This document shows, in pieces, positions 1-15,077 of a DNA stretch of 64,000 nt. This DNA comes from the human T2T-CHM13v2.0 reference genome, Homo sapiens. Position 1 is the stretch's first letter. Every line of letters starts with the position of its first letter. Where the stretch lies: the NCBI RefSeq assembly GCF_009914755.1, contig NC_060929.1. One strand, 5' to 3'. The position numbers and the translations under genes are program-made. Under the pieces are notes generated by a model. The model saw nothing but the letters and a program-made list of their open reading frames with translations, was not told the DNA's origin and ran no database searches.

Positions 1-749
1 GCATAGTCCTTAAATGGATCCCTCAATTTAAAAAGAAATGATAAAGTATTTTATTGAAACCATTGGGGAAATTTAAATATAGACTATATATTAAATAATA
101 GTATAGAATCAAATTGTATTGAATCATATTTAATCAAAGTTAAAAAAAATTGGTGCATCCCTAGGTATAGATAAAAGAGAAGAGAACAGTGTCATACCAG
201 TTATTAGAAAAACTTAGTTTGAACATGAATTTATATATCCAGCCAGTTAGAATCTAAGTGTGAGCACCAAGAGGGAGAGAGAGAGAGAGAGAAGAAAATC
301 TATTTTCGGTCATATAAAAACTAACGAATTTTGCATTCCACAGATCTCCTCTGAAATAATTAGTCAAGAATATGCTCCCAAAAATGAAAACTGAATTCAA
401 AAAAGAAGAAGATATGTTTGAAATCCAAGAAAAAGTGGTATACAAAGAAATCAGGAGCCATAAATAAACAGCATTAGGGTATGAAACAGTTCCAAGAGAA
501 AACTGCATTCAACTTTATGCTATTAAAAATGTATTCTGTGGATTGTTTTCTAGGACGAATGAATTATCAAAATTAATGTAAGAAGAGAAAACATTTTAAA
601 TAAACCATTAAACCCAGACAATACTTAAAAAATAATCAATGATTCATGCTTTAATAAAAGTCAAAGTCTTACATGATAGTAATTTATAGTTTCCTTTGCA
701 GTGGATTCAAAATTTCAAAATTCAAAAATGTCAGTGGAAAAAGTACAGT

Positions 750-1880
750 GAAGGAGAACTTTCTGTACTGAATACTAAAAACATAATAATTAAAATATCA
801 TGGAATTGCCACAAGGATAAACAAATAAATATAAAATAAAACAGTATATCCAGAAATAAACCCACATTTATGTAGGAACTTAATATATTAGAAAGAGCAA
901 AGTCAACAGAAAAGTCATTAAATGCTGTTGGGGCAATTGGCTCTTCATTTGAGCTAAAAATTTAGATTATTATACCATACCACATACAAAAGTAAATTAC
1001 AGATGAATTATAGAACTGAACATTTCAAAACTGTGCAAGTATTAGAAGAAAATATAGGCAAGGCACAGTACTAAAAGACATAAAAGATGAACAGCTTTGA
1101 CTATACAAATTTAACTTTTGACAAAATACATTACAAACAAAATTAAAAGACATAATAGAGTAAGAGATATAAGCAGTATATACAGCAAATGATCAGTATC
1201 CATTATATGGAGAGAACCCCTACAAATCAATAAGAAACCCAACCCATTGTTTAAATGGGCAAATTACACAAATAGAAAATGTAAAGAAGAAACACAAGTG
1301 GTCAATTAAACATAGGAAAATAAATGTTTACCTATGTAACAAACCTGCACCTATACCCCTGAACTTAAAAGTGTTTTTAAAAAGAAAGTAAAAAACAAAA
1401 AAAGAAAAGAAGTTTAACCTCGGTAGTAATAAAGGAAAAGAAAAATAAAAATAAAAGTGCAATGAGATTCTATTTCTCCCCATTAGATTAGCAAAAATTA
1501 ATGTTGATAATATGAAGTGCTGGGAAAGGGGTGGGGAAATGGGCCCTCTGGTTTACCACTGGTGGACGTAAAGTGTAAATTAGCATAGCCTTTTCAGAGG
1601 CCAATTTGGCAATATATATTAAAATTTAAAATGTGCATACATATACTTTATCTCAGTATTCTGCCTCAAAGGATCTGTTTTACATAAATATTGGCATATT
1701 GTGGAAAAAGAGAACAATTAAAACCTAAATTCTTTATTATGGAATACTGCCCATCCATTAGAAAGCATTCCATCAATTAAAATGCACTAACAGGAAAATA
1801 TCTCTAAGCTGGACTACAGTAGCAAAGTAAGTTGTATAACAACATATATAGTATAATTACATTTTTTAATGCTGTATATC
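750..1880 (+). mobile_element. Old L1M fragment(s) with a short L1PA-type 3' end and A-tail inserted at ~1323-1410
   Basis: A-rich, degenerate L1 ORF2-end/3'UTR motifs; 'tttacctatgtaacaaacctgcac...cccctgaacttaaaa' is a primate L1 3' terminus. Confidence 0.65.
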
Positions 1881-3709
1881 TATTGAGATACTACTGTGTG
1901 TAAGCCTTGGTCTTTGGTAGTAGACTTATAGAATTGAAGAAAACAGATAAAATTATTGGCCTTACAAAGATTACCTATGAAGTTTGGAGATGAGAGATGA
2001 GTGTGGGGCTGGGAACAGCAAACAATAAACTAGTAAGCAAATACATAAGCAAGATCATTTCTGATAGTGGACCTTTCTATGAAGGCCATAAACATGTAAT
2101 GTGGTGGAGAAGAATCCTAACATAAAGTCGGTACTATCGGTAAATGAGAGCAATTATAATCCACTTGCAGAGTAAACTTGACACCACATACATTCTGGAA
2201 TTGAAAACCCCTTAAATTCATATTGATCTTTTCTGTCTTTTAAGACATGTTAGCTAAAGAAGATACCATATCAAACTTCTGCAGGGATTTTGTGAGCTGA
2301 CAGAAAGCCCTAAACTGAGGGCCAACATTCACGGTTTCCATTCTGGTTCAGCTACATTAGCAGAATTAGATCTAAAAGTCACCAAAAATAGGAAAAGTAG
2401 GTTATTACCTGCCTTTACAAGCCCATAGGGCTGTTTCAGGATCTTTGAAATCTTTAAAATGATGTTTTACTTTGAAAAAGTTATGGAAGGGCATTTGTCT
2501 TGTAAGCAGCAGAATAATCACAGGTATTAAGTATAATCAAAAGTGTTGTCAACTAGATCCCATTTATGGCTTTGCATGTAAAAGGTGTGATATGGAGGAG
2601 GTGGAGAGAGGACTCCAACAAGGAACATCACATTTCCTGGTGTCCTCCCTTGTCCCCATTGGAATAAAAGCTTCAGGCTCTATAGTCTGGACCTCAGGAC
2701 AAGGAATAATATGGCCCCAAAGCTAGACAAAGCCCATAAACCAGAGAATTCTGGTGAATCTTCTTCCCCTCCTCCTCTGTGATGCCCAAACCATACTCCA
2801 TTCACCAAGGCATTTCGAACCCACAGGAGTGTAACAGAGGCCTTCAGGTTTTGAAAAGCAGAGGACTGTTTTGGGAGAGTCCTCATTTTGCTGCTTCCCC
2901 TCATCTCAGCTACCCCTGCTCAGACTCACATCCTAAGGCTGACCCTGCCTAGAGATACATGACTGGTAGACTGACTGCACTTGCCACACTCTGCCAAGAG
3001 GCAAAATGCAAATGCTTTTAAGAGGTCAATGCCCTCCAACTGTGAAATGGTAATGTGCTAAATTATGTGCTTAATTAATTTCCCCCCAAGAGCATACCAT
3101 AAAATTGGAAAAACAATTCCTCAGGCAAGTCCCATCACCCAGGATCAATGCACATAAAGTACACAGGAAAGGATCAAAGTTTCTCATGAGTCAATGTGTG
3201 CATGTGCTCTGGCTGAATATTCTGAGTTCCACTATAGGTTCCACTATAGGTTGGTGAAAGGCATACAACCAATTAAATTGCTTTGCTCTTTCTCCTTCTG
3301 TTGTTACCACATGGGTTAGAAACTTCAGGGATGAGATTTTTGCTACTTCCCTCCAGCAGGAATCCAAGGAAAAAACTTCCTGTTAGATTTTACCATGAGC
3401 AGCCATCCTCTTCACAAGTTTGTAGGTTTTATTTTTTATTAGTTTTCTTGTTAATGCAAAACAATCACAGCAGGATTAGGGAAACTGAGCTAAAAGGTTA
3501 GGTGATATAGCCACTACCTCATGAATATTCAGTGATATGGGCTGTAACAATTACTTAACAACTAGTCTGGAGTTATATCTGCATGACAAAAATAAAACTG
3601 GATAAAGGAGGCAAAAACACTATATATAATAGCTACCCTTTTTTCCAGACTACATAATGTTATACAACAGCTTTGTAATTATTTGTATAATGTTTTTATT
3701 GTTTAACTC

Positions 3710-3845
3710 CAGCACTGTAAGCTCCATGAGACAGAGACTTTCTTTCACCTCCATATCTCTAGCATGAATCCCAGTGCTGGTAGCTGACACTCAAGATATA
3801 TTTGTAAATGAGTGAATGAATGAGTGAGTGAATGAATGAACAAAT
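3710..3845 (+). mobile_element. L2 3' end
   Basis: 'tgtaagctccatgagacagagact...' ending in a (tgaa)n tail. Confidence 0.75.
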
Positions 3846-4705
3846 GACTAAGCCAGGTTTAAAACCCAGTTCTCGGGCCTCCTTGACCATTTCCATGATA
3901 CTAGGATACCCCCCTATGGATGCACAGATTTTCAAGAAAGAATAAAAGACATTAAGAGATTGTGCCTAGGCCATACGACATAACCTCCCACTTAATTTCA
4001 TATAAATTTATGGCTGAACCAGTTTGGAGATTTGTTTCCAGAAAGTACTGATTTATTCAGTTGAGATCAATCATGGTAAATACAAGTCTTAGTGGGTAGG
4101 TAGTGCATTGCTGTGGACGGCTACCTACTACATGGCATTCACATTTGAGTTGATGGTGTTTTATGGTCTCAGCGGTGTAAGGCTGGATCAAGGTCAGGCT
4201 TTCTCCTCATAGAAGGATGTGTTGAAGGAGGTTGGAGAGCCAAGGAATTGGAAGACACCTGCATGATCCCTGCTGCATGCTGAGAGGGCCAGTGTCTAGA
4301 ATCAGAGAAAACAGCAGGAGCTCTCATTCTTTCTGCTGGGTGTCACCTGCTCCTGGCCCTTTTACCTGCTCCTGCATCTAAGCACCAAAAGCCAGTAGGT
4401 TTCACAAGCTAAATCCCCCCTCCTGAGCTAACTTAATCTAATTCACTAAGAATGGGTTATAAAACACCAATACTCTATCAAAGACAGGGGCTTTAATATT
4501 ATCTTGATCTTTAGGTTGCATTGACCTCAAACTGTCTTTCCCGGAATGTTGTGAAAACATGCTATACACACAAACACACATACTCATACATGTATATATC
4601 TAATTATTTTATTACTCAGAAAGCTATTAGGGTTAATGGAACATTTGACTCAAAGCATAGCCAACCTTAGCACTGACATCCTGCATATAGAACCTGCCTT
4701 TATGA

Positions 4706-4897
<192 letters not shown>

Positions 4898-6367
4898 TAA
4901 GTGGGAAGTTACCCTGAATAGACTGCCAATCCTCCTCCCGTTAATGTTCTTAGGGGCCACAGAGAGACGAGGTTTTCTAGTTCAGATTCAGAAACAGAGC
5001 TTTCTTTGGTATGCCAGAGGAGCATAGTGCTGTCAGGGACCCTGGAGACTGCCTAATCTGCAGACAAGAAAACTGAGACAAGAGAGGGTAAGCAGTCCAA
5101 ATCCTGCAGAGGAACACTAGCAACACCCACAGTAGGCACAGGCTCCCAGGCCTCTGCTTCTCCCACTCCAACACATTGCATCTCCATGGAAAATGAGAAC
5201 AGTGTGCTGCCTTGGAGGGGAAAAAGTCTACATGCTGTCACAGTTCACCTACTGGGCTGGTACCCAAAATTCCCATTTGTTTAAGGGAGAAAATCCAAAA
5301 TTACACAAAGATGCCTCCAGTAAAGTCTCGGGTTTCAGGTATATGGAACAGCCTGCTTAGCTGCCATTTAGGGGCTGAGCATTCTGTCCAGTTCACAAAG
5401 GGCTTCTCCCAGGGCCCCCTTCTCTTACTCTCCACAAGGTGGCTGATGGCCCCTCAGTGGTCAAAGCAAGTTAATGCATTTTCTTAACTTCAGTAGCTCA
5501 CTTCTAGAGAGGCAGTTTCTTTCTTGAAAAGAAGAGACTCTACAGTGATTTTATTTTATTTAGGAAAAGGGAGTAATAATAATAATATTATAATAAATAC
5601 CATGTCCCATCTAGATGCTAAAAATGACATTCTGCGAGGCAGAAAGATAAGCCTCTTGTTTATTTGCCTTTACACTGATATCTGTGCCCTTTGCTACTAA
5701 TGTCCCCAGAGCTGGCACCAAGCAGCTGAATGAATACTGGGCAATTCCACTGAGTGTTCTGTGTGTATGAGGTTAAGTCACTGACAACATAATGAACATT
5801 TTATTTTTTTTTATTTTTAGAAATGTAACACACAATGGCATTTATAGCCATTGTGGTTCTACTTTCAGATTGTGATATAATTCTAAAGCTAATTACCGAA
5901 TTTCTGTGTTTATAGAAAATTGGAGCATGTGGTAATTATGTGCTATTAATAAAACTTGGATTTTGTATAAGCTTGGAAATGCAACAATTCAAACAATAAA
6001 GCTGTTTGGCACCGTTTGATGGCACTATAGACAAATGATGAGGGAGTGATTTATCTTAATTTATAAAGTAGAAAATTCTTAGCTCTGTTCCCAGGGAAAA
6101 AAATATCTGCTGAAATGCCATATCAGGGCATAAACATCAGTGAAACCATTTTACTTTGCAGACCTTAGACAGCAGCTATATTCACGCCTTATAAGCTTAT
6201 AAGAAGGGATGGCAGTAAGAGTAGGATAGTTAAGGCCCACAACGTTGGCAATGTTTCAGTTCAGCCTGAAAGCCCAGATTCTGGTCAAAGGAGATGGAGG
6301 TGGGCACAGTGGACCTGGTCCAGGATGTGGCTAACTCCGTTCTCCCTGGCTGTCTGCCTTGAGAGAT

Positions 6368-6525
6368 CATGGGTCTCAAACTGGACTGCACAGTTAAGTC
6401 ATCAGGAGGGAATTCTTAAAATACTGATGGCTGGGCCCCACTATAAGCCAACTGAATCAGGCTCTCTTGGGGTGAGACCTGGGCTTAAGGTGATTCTCCT
6501 GTGCAGCAGCCAAGGTTGAGAATTG
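6368..6525. mobile_element. MER5-family hAT MITE
   Basis: 'ggtctcaaact...actgaatcaggctctc...ggttgagaa' MER5A/B-like motifs. Confidence 0.6.
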
Positions 6526-7650
6526 GTGCTTTATTAGAGGAGACAGTGCCTCAATCCCCCATGTTGCATTCCTAGCCCTTTCTCACCCATTCCATCTGTC
6601 CTTGAGATCTTACATGAAAACAGACTGTGCCTTGCACTTGTGGAGGTGGGGCCACACTTCCTTTCTCCTGCCCTCCTCTCTCACTTGATCAGCATGCAGC
6701 CCACAGATACATCCTCACACCTCGCACCCATGAGAGTGGATTTGGAAAGTTTTTACAGGTATATTTCCGCAGATCCTCAAGGCTGCTTTCCCTTCCTTTT
6801 CCAATCAATTATTACTGAGACTTGAGTTCCTCTTCACATATCAGTCAATACTTGAAAAGGAGCTCCCATGAGGTCTCCAGAATTACCCTAAGAAAACGAT
6901 CCTCAAACCGTGCTCAACAGAACTGTGGTGTTTTGTGAAATGGACTGAGAGGTTTCATACCTAAAATTAAATGGTGACTGTCTTTCCTCAAATAACAGAA
7001 GAAAAATAAGTGGATAGAATTTCTTCAACTTTAAGATGATCTTCCCCACAAAACTTTCCTAAACCCATGGTGCCTGCCAATGCTTGCCTATCCTCAGTTA
7101 ATTAAAGGATGCATCTGCTTTTTGTACCAAATTATGTTCCTGGCTATTTTAAATGAAATCTGCCCCTATGTCCTGGGGTCTCAAGAGCACTTTCTCCAAT
7201 GCACAACCATCTGGACGTGTGTAGGGACAATTGTCCCAAGGGTTTCAAAAGATGAGTTCTCCCCTACCTTAGACTAGAAGCCTCCTGAGATGGCTTCCTG
7301 CTTTACAATTCTGGGGTTTTATGACCATGCATGCTCTGAGATGAGGGAAGATATTGGATGTATGCAGTGGCATTGCATGCTGTGTGCTGAAGTCAGGAAG
7401 TGTGGGAGGACGGTCCATGCTAAAGGAAGGCCCAGCTGTACCCAGGTGGGGTTGTTTTCCCTCTTGTTCCCATACTGCGCCCCTTTCTGTTTCATCCATT
7501 GTAAGGAGCTCTTTTCTGGAAGTTTTAGAATTTGTTACTCTTTCATTATTCCAAGTCAATGTAATAAGTGTTGGTCCTGGTGAACGCTTAATACCTGAGT
7601 TATGCTGAATTCCAATCGTAGTAACAAGAGACTATTAAAACCAAGCAGAA

Positions 7651-7938
7651 GATGGAATTGGAGGCCATTGTCTTCAATGAAACAACTCAGAAAACAAAAT
7701 AGCACATGTTCTCACTTGTAAGTGGGAGCTAAATGGTGGGTACACATGGACATGGGGTGTGGAATGATAGACATCAGAGACTCAGAAGGGTGGGAAGGTG
7801 TGGGGGGTGAGAAAATACTCAGTGGGTAAAACGTACATTATTGGGGTGATGGATGCCCTAAAAGCACAGACTTCACCACTATGCAATATGTCAAAGTAAC
7901 AAAACTACACTTGTACTCCTTAAATTTACACAAATTTT
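7651..7938 (+). mobile_element. L1PB/L1MA 3' end
   Basis: 'catgttctcacttgtaagtgggagctaa...cagacttcaccactatgcaatat...gtaacaaaactacacttgtac'. Confidence 0.85.
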
Positions 7939-8302
7939 AACAAACGAGCAAATAACAGCAAGTGAATGTACATAGCCACTATAGTCCTCTGACCATAAAG
8001 CCTTGATAGCACCATCACCCAGCCTCAAGTTTGCCCTGGGTAGCCCTGTTGCTCCAGTTGTACTTCCTTGGCCTCTCTTTGCAAATCTAAAGCACTGTCC
8101 TCGTGACCAATGGCTCTTCTCTGATCTCAGCCAGGTTCGACTGGAGGCAGAGATGAGGGCTCCTGCAGGAGAATGCCCTGTAGAAATGTTTGGCAGAATG
8201 GCTCTCACTTTTTCCTGAGCCAACCCATCTCAGATTTTTTTTCTTGTAAAAGCAAAATAAATTCAATATTTGCCTACTGGAAACTAGAGCTAGTGCAATT
8301 AG

Positions 8303-8521
<219 letters not shown>

Positions 8522-8829
8522 TAACCTTGGGAATTGTTTCTTGGAAATTAAAGCATGTGTCTCACACAAACAGTAGAAGGCATTGAGCATTCATTAGTCT
8601 TTCCTCAAGAAGATATCAAAATGAGACTAGAAACTCTCTGGTGAACACAGAATGCTCTGAGGGGGCCCAAGGTACATTATGACCTTAAAACGAACTCCTT
8701 CTCCACTGGCCCTATTACTCACTGTGGAAAGCACCATGCCAGGCACAGCAAGAGACTTAAGAACACCTACAAAGGAAGATCTCTGCCATCCACTTGTGTA
8801 ATTATCTTTAAAAAGTAATCCAAAAAATT

Positions 8830-9050
8830 AACATATATTGAGAACTTACAGCATGCCACTATTCAAAATACTTTGCATGTATTAACTGTATTAACTTATT
8901 TAATTCTAAACAACTTTGAGGGAAATGCTATTAGTGTTTCCCAATTTACTAGAAACTGGCGCACAGAAAGGTTAGCTAAATTGGCCAAGGTCACACAGAC
9001 TGTAAGTAGAAAAACTGGGATGTGAAATCAGGCAGTGTGTCTCCAGGTCT
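8830..9050 (-). mobile_element. MIR
   Basis: Reverse MIR core 'ccaatttac...gaaactg..gcacagaaaggtta...ccaaggtcacacag'. Confidence 0.7.
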
Positions 9051-9764
9051 ATCCTATGGGAGTATATGCCCTAATGCACAAATGAGAGGGAGATGTTCAC
9101 TAGAATGAGGGAAAGTCCTCTGCATGCCTTTTAAACTATTGTATCCTCAGTATCTGGAGCCTGGGACATAGTAGAATAACACCTGTCACAATCGATGTTT
9201 GTTAAATCTGCACCTACCTTTGCAGCCCCAGAGACTGACGACATGTACAAAGGACCAATAATAAGTGCTTACATTAAGTATACATGGTTGGAGCAGCCAC
9301 AGGTGAAGTACCAACTTCAGAGGATGGTACATAGAGGTGGAGAAAGGCTTCTAGGAGGCAAGAAAGAAACTCTTCTTGTTTTCAGTGAGCAAAGCCTGAT
9401 GGGAGGGAAGACAGGGTGCCACTTGCCTTGAAGTGAGGAGGAGGAGGAGGAGGATTTGGCAGTGGAGCTGGAGGCTCCTCTTGGCTCCAGGAGCAGCTCA
9501 GCAGAAGGTGGAGGGGTGGAAGTGAGAACACCAGATGAAGAGGCTGAGGAGTAGTGTGGCCTGAGCTATACAGGGGTGGAGGTCAGAAAATAAGAAGCAG
9601 GGGCCACAGCACATCAGATAGCTCAGAACATCCCCTGAAGGGGCCTGGTCACAAAGGCCAACTGGCTTGAGCCACAGGCGTAGTGTTTTGAGAAAGTAGA
9701 AAACATGCTTTAGTGATGAGAGACTGCTCTGACCACCACATGGAAGATTGTTGCCAGAAATAAG

Positions 9765-10000
9765 CACAGTGTTTAGAACAAGGGCTTTGAATTAAGGATA
9801 GCCTTGGGTTCAAATGCAGGCTCTGCCACCTACCAGCTTTGCACCCTGGAACAAGTTGTTTAACTTCTGCAAATGTATTTCCTCATCCCTGCAAAGGGGA
9901 TAATAGTATCACCTACTTTAGAAGTCTGTTGTGGGGATTAAATGAAGCAATGTGTCATACACCTACTACCAAACTTAGAGAGCAAACACTTGACACTGTT
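9765..10000 (+). mobile_element. MIR
   Basis: 'tgggttcaaat...ctctgccacctaccagc...caagttgtttaacttct...tttcctcatc...ggggataatagta'. Confidence 0.8.
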
Positions 10001-12849
10001 ACTATTATTGTTGTCACTGTTATTATTATTATTTACAAGTTGGCCAACCCAGCTTTGCTCAAATCACCATCAAATAGAGGAATCCCTGCTACCACTCACT
10101 CTGCAACAGACCACGTGTAGTGTATATGTCAGGCTGGTCTTGAGCCTGCAATTCAAAGCATTGGCCCCAGGACTTTAGATCCACAGCTCATGTTTGAAGC
10201 TGTCCTCAGTGTCTTAATAGGTTTGGCAAGCCTCCTTCATCAGTAGCACGCTGGCCTCTCGCCCTCCCTCACATTCAGCTTTCCTAGAGGATGGCTGCCC
10301 AGGGTCCCCCAGTCTGAATTTCATGGGTGCCACGTCACCTATATTTTAAGCCACATCATCCTAAACATTCCCTCCCCATTTAGTGATCATTCATCCAGCA
10401 GTTTTTGACTGTGTGTTAATAGAAAAACAGAAATTTTGTTTTATTTGGTCATTTATAATCATAAAGAATATGATATAAATATTTTATGTGACTTTGTATC
10501 ATCTTTATACACAGAAAAAAATAATTAGAATTTTAATTACATTTTTAAATGTAATAATAATAATCAAAGGTTGATACTGTGAGTGAAAACATGAGTGAAA
10601 AGGGAATAGTCATCAAAATAAATTATACTCAGGACTTGAACCTTGGATCTATCTGGGGAACAAAAAGGAAAAAGCTAGAAAGGAGACATAAGGACTTATT
10701 CAGAAGGAAGTGGTGCAGTAGGATTTTAATAATCAAAAATAACTAATGTAAAGGATTGTGAGGAATTTGAGTTTCTTCACTGAGGGGAGAAATGGGAACC
10801 CTTAGCATGTGACAATACATCTCTGTTCTCTATGTGTTTAACATGACCTCACAGCCTGCTGAGCTGACCAGTGGGGAAGGGGACTGTGTCTGAACTGGAG
10901 GATCCAGAGGAAACCTGAAGAGTCTCCCTGGGAACATTTTGACAGATGCATATGGCACCATTTTAATGAACAAATCATACAGATTCTTCCTGTTACATAG
11001 ACTGAGATAGACCATAGAGGCTTCCCCAATTCCTTTCCGGAATTCTTTTCAGGTGGTTTATTTATTATACAGGTCTAATATGTGCAGGAAATGGTACAGG
11101 GTAAAATGTGGAAAAAAGTATTCCAGTTCTTTTCTGTAGGACCTTATTGTCAAAACATGATTCTAACGGGATGAAAACCATTATAGAAAGCCATCTGTTT
11201 TCTTTCTGCCTTCTTATTTCCTTTCTCTTTTTATTCCATTTCATGGGTCCTCAAATCAGAAAAAAAGGGAAAAGATACCACTCCTGGTCCCCATTTTTCC
11301 TATCTCAACTCCGACCACGTGAAAATGCTGCCGACTGAGTCCGCTATTCTCCAGGTTCTAACTTGGCCGTCAACTCCAAAACTGTTCCATGTTTATTTCA
11401 GCATTTAAAGACTTAATCATATCTTCTCCCCTTTCTACTACAGTCAAAACTCGGCTCCACAATGGTTTACTTTAAATCAACTTTCAGTGGAGAAGAAAGG
11501 AAGGTGGCCAAGGGCAGGAATTTTAATGGTTAGTGATTATGCCTTCATTTTCAGCCTTTTCTTTCCCGTCCATCCAGTTTAAGACTGGAGGCCAAGAGAT
11601 GCACGAAAGAAAAGCAAGCCACCCTTGCACTGCTGAGTTCCACTGCAGGCTGCAGACAAGGGCCAGGTCTCCTGGCTGTCAGCCCGCTGTTCTTTCCCCT
11701 GCTTCAGCGCCCCTCCTGTCCTACATTCTAGGACACTGGCAGTGCTGTAGGGAGCTTCATTAATTATGATAGTCTCGCTGTGTCAAATGGATTACAAATG
11801 GAACCACCTGTGGGGAGCCTGCAAGGTTACGGACAGAGGCTAAAAGGAGATTGGAAAGTGAAGGACAAGCATCTTCTAAATGCATGCTGTTATCAAACAA
11901 AACAAATCAGCAGAAATAAATTAAGCCTGAAGGACAGTTTTGCCTTTTCCAAAATTCTGACTTAGTGAATGCTGTGGGAGGTGTCAGTATGTTCATTCTT
12001 GCATAGAATTTGGTCGTTGATGCCATGCACGAGAATCAGTCGAGAAGTAGGTAAGTCAGGAATTGACCTGGGCTAGAATGAGTCCCCTCCTGTGAACAGT
12101 ACTACTCCAGACTAATGTGGGCCTAGAGATAGTTCTCCCAAACTCATAGCATCCTCCTCCAATCAGGACCCCCACATCCAGAACCGAACCTGGCTGTGTG
12201 AGGCAGAAGAATTCTCAGATATCTGGCTGAAGAACACTGGGCAGTTATGCCACCATCTAGCCTAGAGATGACCTTTTAGGTCCTTCCCCCAAGGGCCTCG
12301 TAAAGACTTTCTATGTTTCTAGCTGCTGTCTGAAAATTATTCTGGGCAGTTTTACCAGTAGCCCCATATCCTTTGCAATTTCTGCAATCTCTTGTCCAAG
12401 ATTCAGTGTGACGTATGTAAACCAATCTAATTTCTTAATGCATTACTCTATTATGTTGAGCTCCTACTCACAAATGTGAAATGTCTACTCACTATCTACT
12501 GAAGGAAGAACAGACCTCTCACCCCAGCAGCCTTTGTCCCCATCCTCATCCAACATATAATGGTCACCAATGATGTGTCAAATTCTGTGCTAGGTGCTGA
12601 GGAGGTCTCTCCTCCACTAAAACCTGTCCCTTTCAACAGGGAAAAATTGGATGGGAATCACCTAGGAAACTTTTCCAAATGCCATATGCCTCCTCTCTCA
12701 CAGATTCTGGTAGAGCCTTCAGGGTTGGGCTGAAAACAACTATTACATATGCAGACACACACACACACAATCGGAAAGACGCAGAAATTAGTGCTCACAA
12801 TATAATAATGCCATAACAGTTAGATATGGGTTGCTACAAGGTATATTAG

Positions 12850-14120
12850 ATTCTCACCTAGCCTAGGCTTTAATTGAAAATGGGGGATTATTAGGGATTG
12901 CTTTTTAGAAAGTATCTGTGCTGAGAATTTTTAGGATGAGTAGCACTTAGCCAAAGAAATAGAAAAAAGATAGTCTAGGCAGAAGATTCTGGATGTGTGA
13001 AGGCATATGGGGAGATGAAATAGGAGGGGATTTTGATAACTGCAAGGACTTAAGTAGTTGGGAAAGTCTCTAGACAAAAGGCTTAAGAGAGAGACAAGAG
13101 AGAGACAAGAGCTGTATCATTAAGACCCCTTAGGCCATGTTAAGAGGTTTGGGAGCCACTGGAAGGAGTCCATAAGGAGGCAGGTGCAGTCATCCAGGTG
13201 AGAAATGCTTAAGATCTCACCTAAAGTCAGGGGATTGGAGAGGAGGACAGAGACAATTGGATGTGGTGCATAAGGAGAAGCAGAATCAAGGAAGAAACCC
13301 AAGTTCAGACTTGGAAAATGGAGTAAATAACGATGTTGGTCACCAAGTTAGAGACAACAGAGGAGCAGTAGTAAAGGCAGAGAACAACAACTTTTGGACA
13401 TGGGGGGAACTTTCTGGAGCAGTGCTCAGTGGTTAATAGTGCTGAAGTGAGACATGTGATCTGAGAGGACTGAAACACAGATTTGAGCATCATCAGCATA
13501 GTGGGAATTGAAGCCCTACCAACAGTGTGCACAGACAAGAGTCCTGGAATACCAAAATGGAAGGTTTGAGAGGAAAGATCAGTTTACAAAGGGGACTGAG
13601 ATGAAAATCACAAGAGCATTATTAAATAAATCAAAGAAGGTTGCAAAGAAGGAATGGCCAGTGGTGAAGTTAAATACGAATTGGAAGTGTCCACAGGATT
13701 TAACAACAAGGTAGTCACTTGTGGTGTTGGCAAAAACAGCTTTCTTGGAATTTTGGGCATGGAAGCTTGGCTAAGGAGGAGGGGAAGTGAATGGCAGATG
13801 ATGAGCTGGGGCAGCCGGGGTAAATTCATTAAGACTTTTATAAAGAGTTGCTTACAGAGCGGTGGGAAGATGGGATTGGATGCAGATGATGTGCCAAGAG
13901 CTGTAGCAATTGTTTATAGAAGCAATGGGAACGTGAAGGAATGCAGAAGCATGGAGCAGTCAGAAAAGACTGCAGGAAAAAAAATGTTTAAGCTAATCTT
14001 TGAAGAAGGGCTTGCCATTTGTCTAAGGAGGGAGGACTTTTCTGAAAAGAGAGGTGGCAAGTGCAAAGGCAGCAGGCAAAAGAAAGTACAGGCATCGTTA
14101 GGGAATTCTAAGTAACTCTG
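12850..14120 (-). mobile_element. L2 fragments
   Basis: Purine-rich antisense L2 motifs such as 'acagatttgagcatcatcagcata' and 'ggccagtggtgaag...tggaagtgtccacaggatttaacaacaagg'. Confidence 0.6.
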
Positions 14121-14560
14121 TTTTGGACTATCTCCTCCTTCATAAGCCCTTCATTCCAGCCAGACTGGACTGTTCACTTGGACCCAAATTCAGGCTGCCT
14201 TTGATCACTTCTCTTTATTCACACTGTTCTCTCCATTCTGAAGGCCTATCCCCTGCCACCTTCACCAAATGTCCAAGTTCTCATTCCTCGTGGCCCAGCA
14301 TGAACTCCCAGGGCCTCCGTGAATCTTCCATAAACATCTTTTTCCTTCTCCTCCAAATGGGAGGAATCTCCCCCCCTTCTCCTGCCTGGCATTCTCATAG
14401 CAATGTATTCAGATCTTTCTTACGGCATTTTTCATGAAGCCTTATAGTTACTCAAGGAAAGATCCTTGAGGCCAGGGACTATCTTTCTATTAGGATCCAT
14501 CTTGGTATTATCCTCAGTACCCAATGTAGAGCCTTGGACTTAGCAGGCCTTCTGTTAATC

Positions 14561-14739
14561 CAGTGGTTCTCAAAGTGTGCTCTTAGGACCAGCAGCAATG
14601 TCTGGGAACTTGTAAGAAATGCTGATCCTCTGGCCCCACCCCAGAGCTACTGACTGAGAAACTCTGGAGGTGGGGTCAGCAATTTGTGCTTTAACAAGAC
14701 CTAAGATGATGCTGATGCAGCTAATGTTTGAGAACCACT
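14561..14739. mobile_element. MER5A, full length
   Basis: Terminal inverted repeats cagtggttctcaaa...tttgagaaccactg with a MER5A-like body. Confidence 0.9.
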
Positions 14740-14926
14740 GGCTTAGCTGAGGGTCTCTCTCTTTTTTTCCCTGGAATAGATATTTGTAACTGCAGTGTAG
14801 TAGAAGCATTCCTTATCACCTATATAAGAAATCTTTTATCAGCAAAATAAATTTGAGCAATAGAGAAGTGGTTTGGGGGAATTGCAGTGTCCCTGGCTTT
14901 AGTAGCATTCAAGAATTAAATGTTGA

Positions 14927-15077
14927 GGCTGGGTATGGTGGCTTATTCCTATAATCCCAGCACTTTGGGAGGCTGAGGTGGGAGTATTGCTTGAGGCCAA
15001 GAGTTCGAGTCCAGTCTGGGCAACGTAATGAAACCCTGTCACTCCAAAAATAAATAAAATTTTTTTTAAAAATCTAA
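14927..15077 (+). mobile_element. Alu monomer (FLAM/AluJ left arm)
   Basis: Alu left-monomer sequence with a tail; TSD aagaattaaaNNttga at 14911-14926 and 15078-15093. Confidence 0.9.

Noticed and set aside
3226-3252. 12-bp tandem duplication (similar short ones at ~13085, 33755 and ~62390)
   Set aside because: Ordinary slippage-scale duplications with no further structure.
11702-11840. REST/RE1 site (ttcagcgcc ... acggacag)
   Set aside because: The two half-site-like motifs are ~120 bp apart, which is incompatible with RE1 spacing.
13654-14115. 153-aa ORF in the RGS7BP intron
   Set aside because: Lies in purine-rich antisense L2 sequence, which is depleted of stop codons; no recognisable protein.
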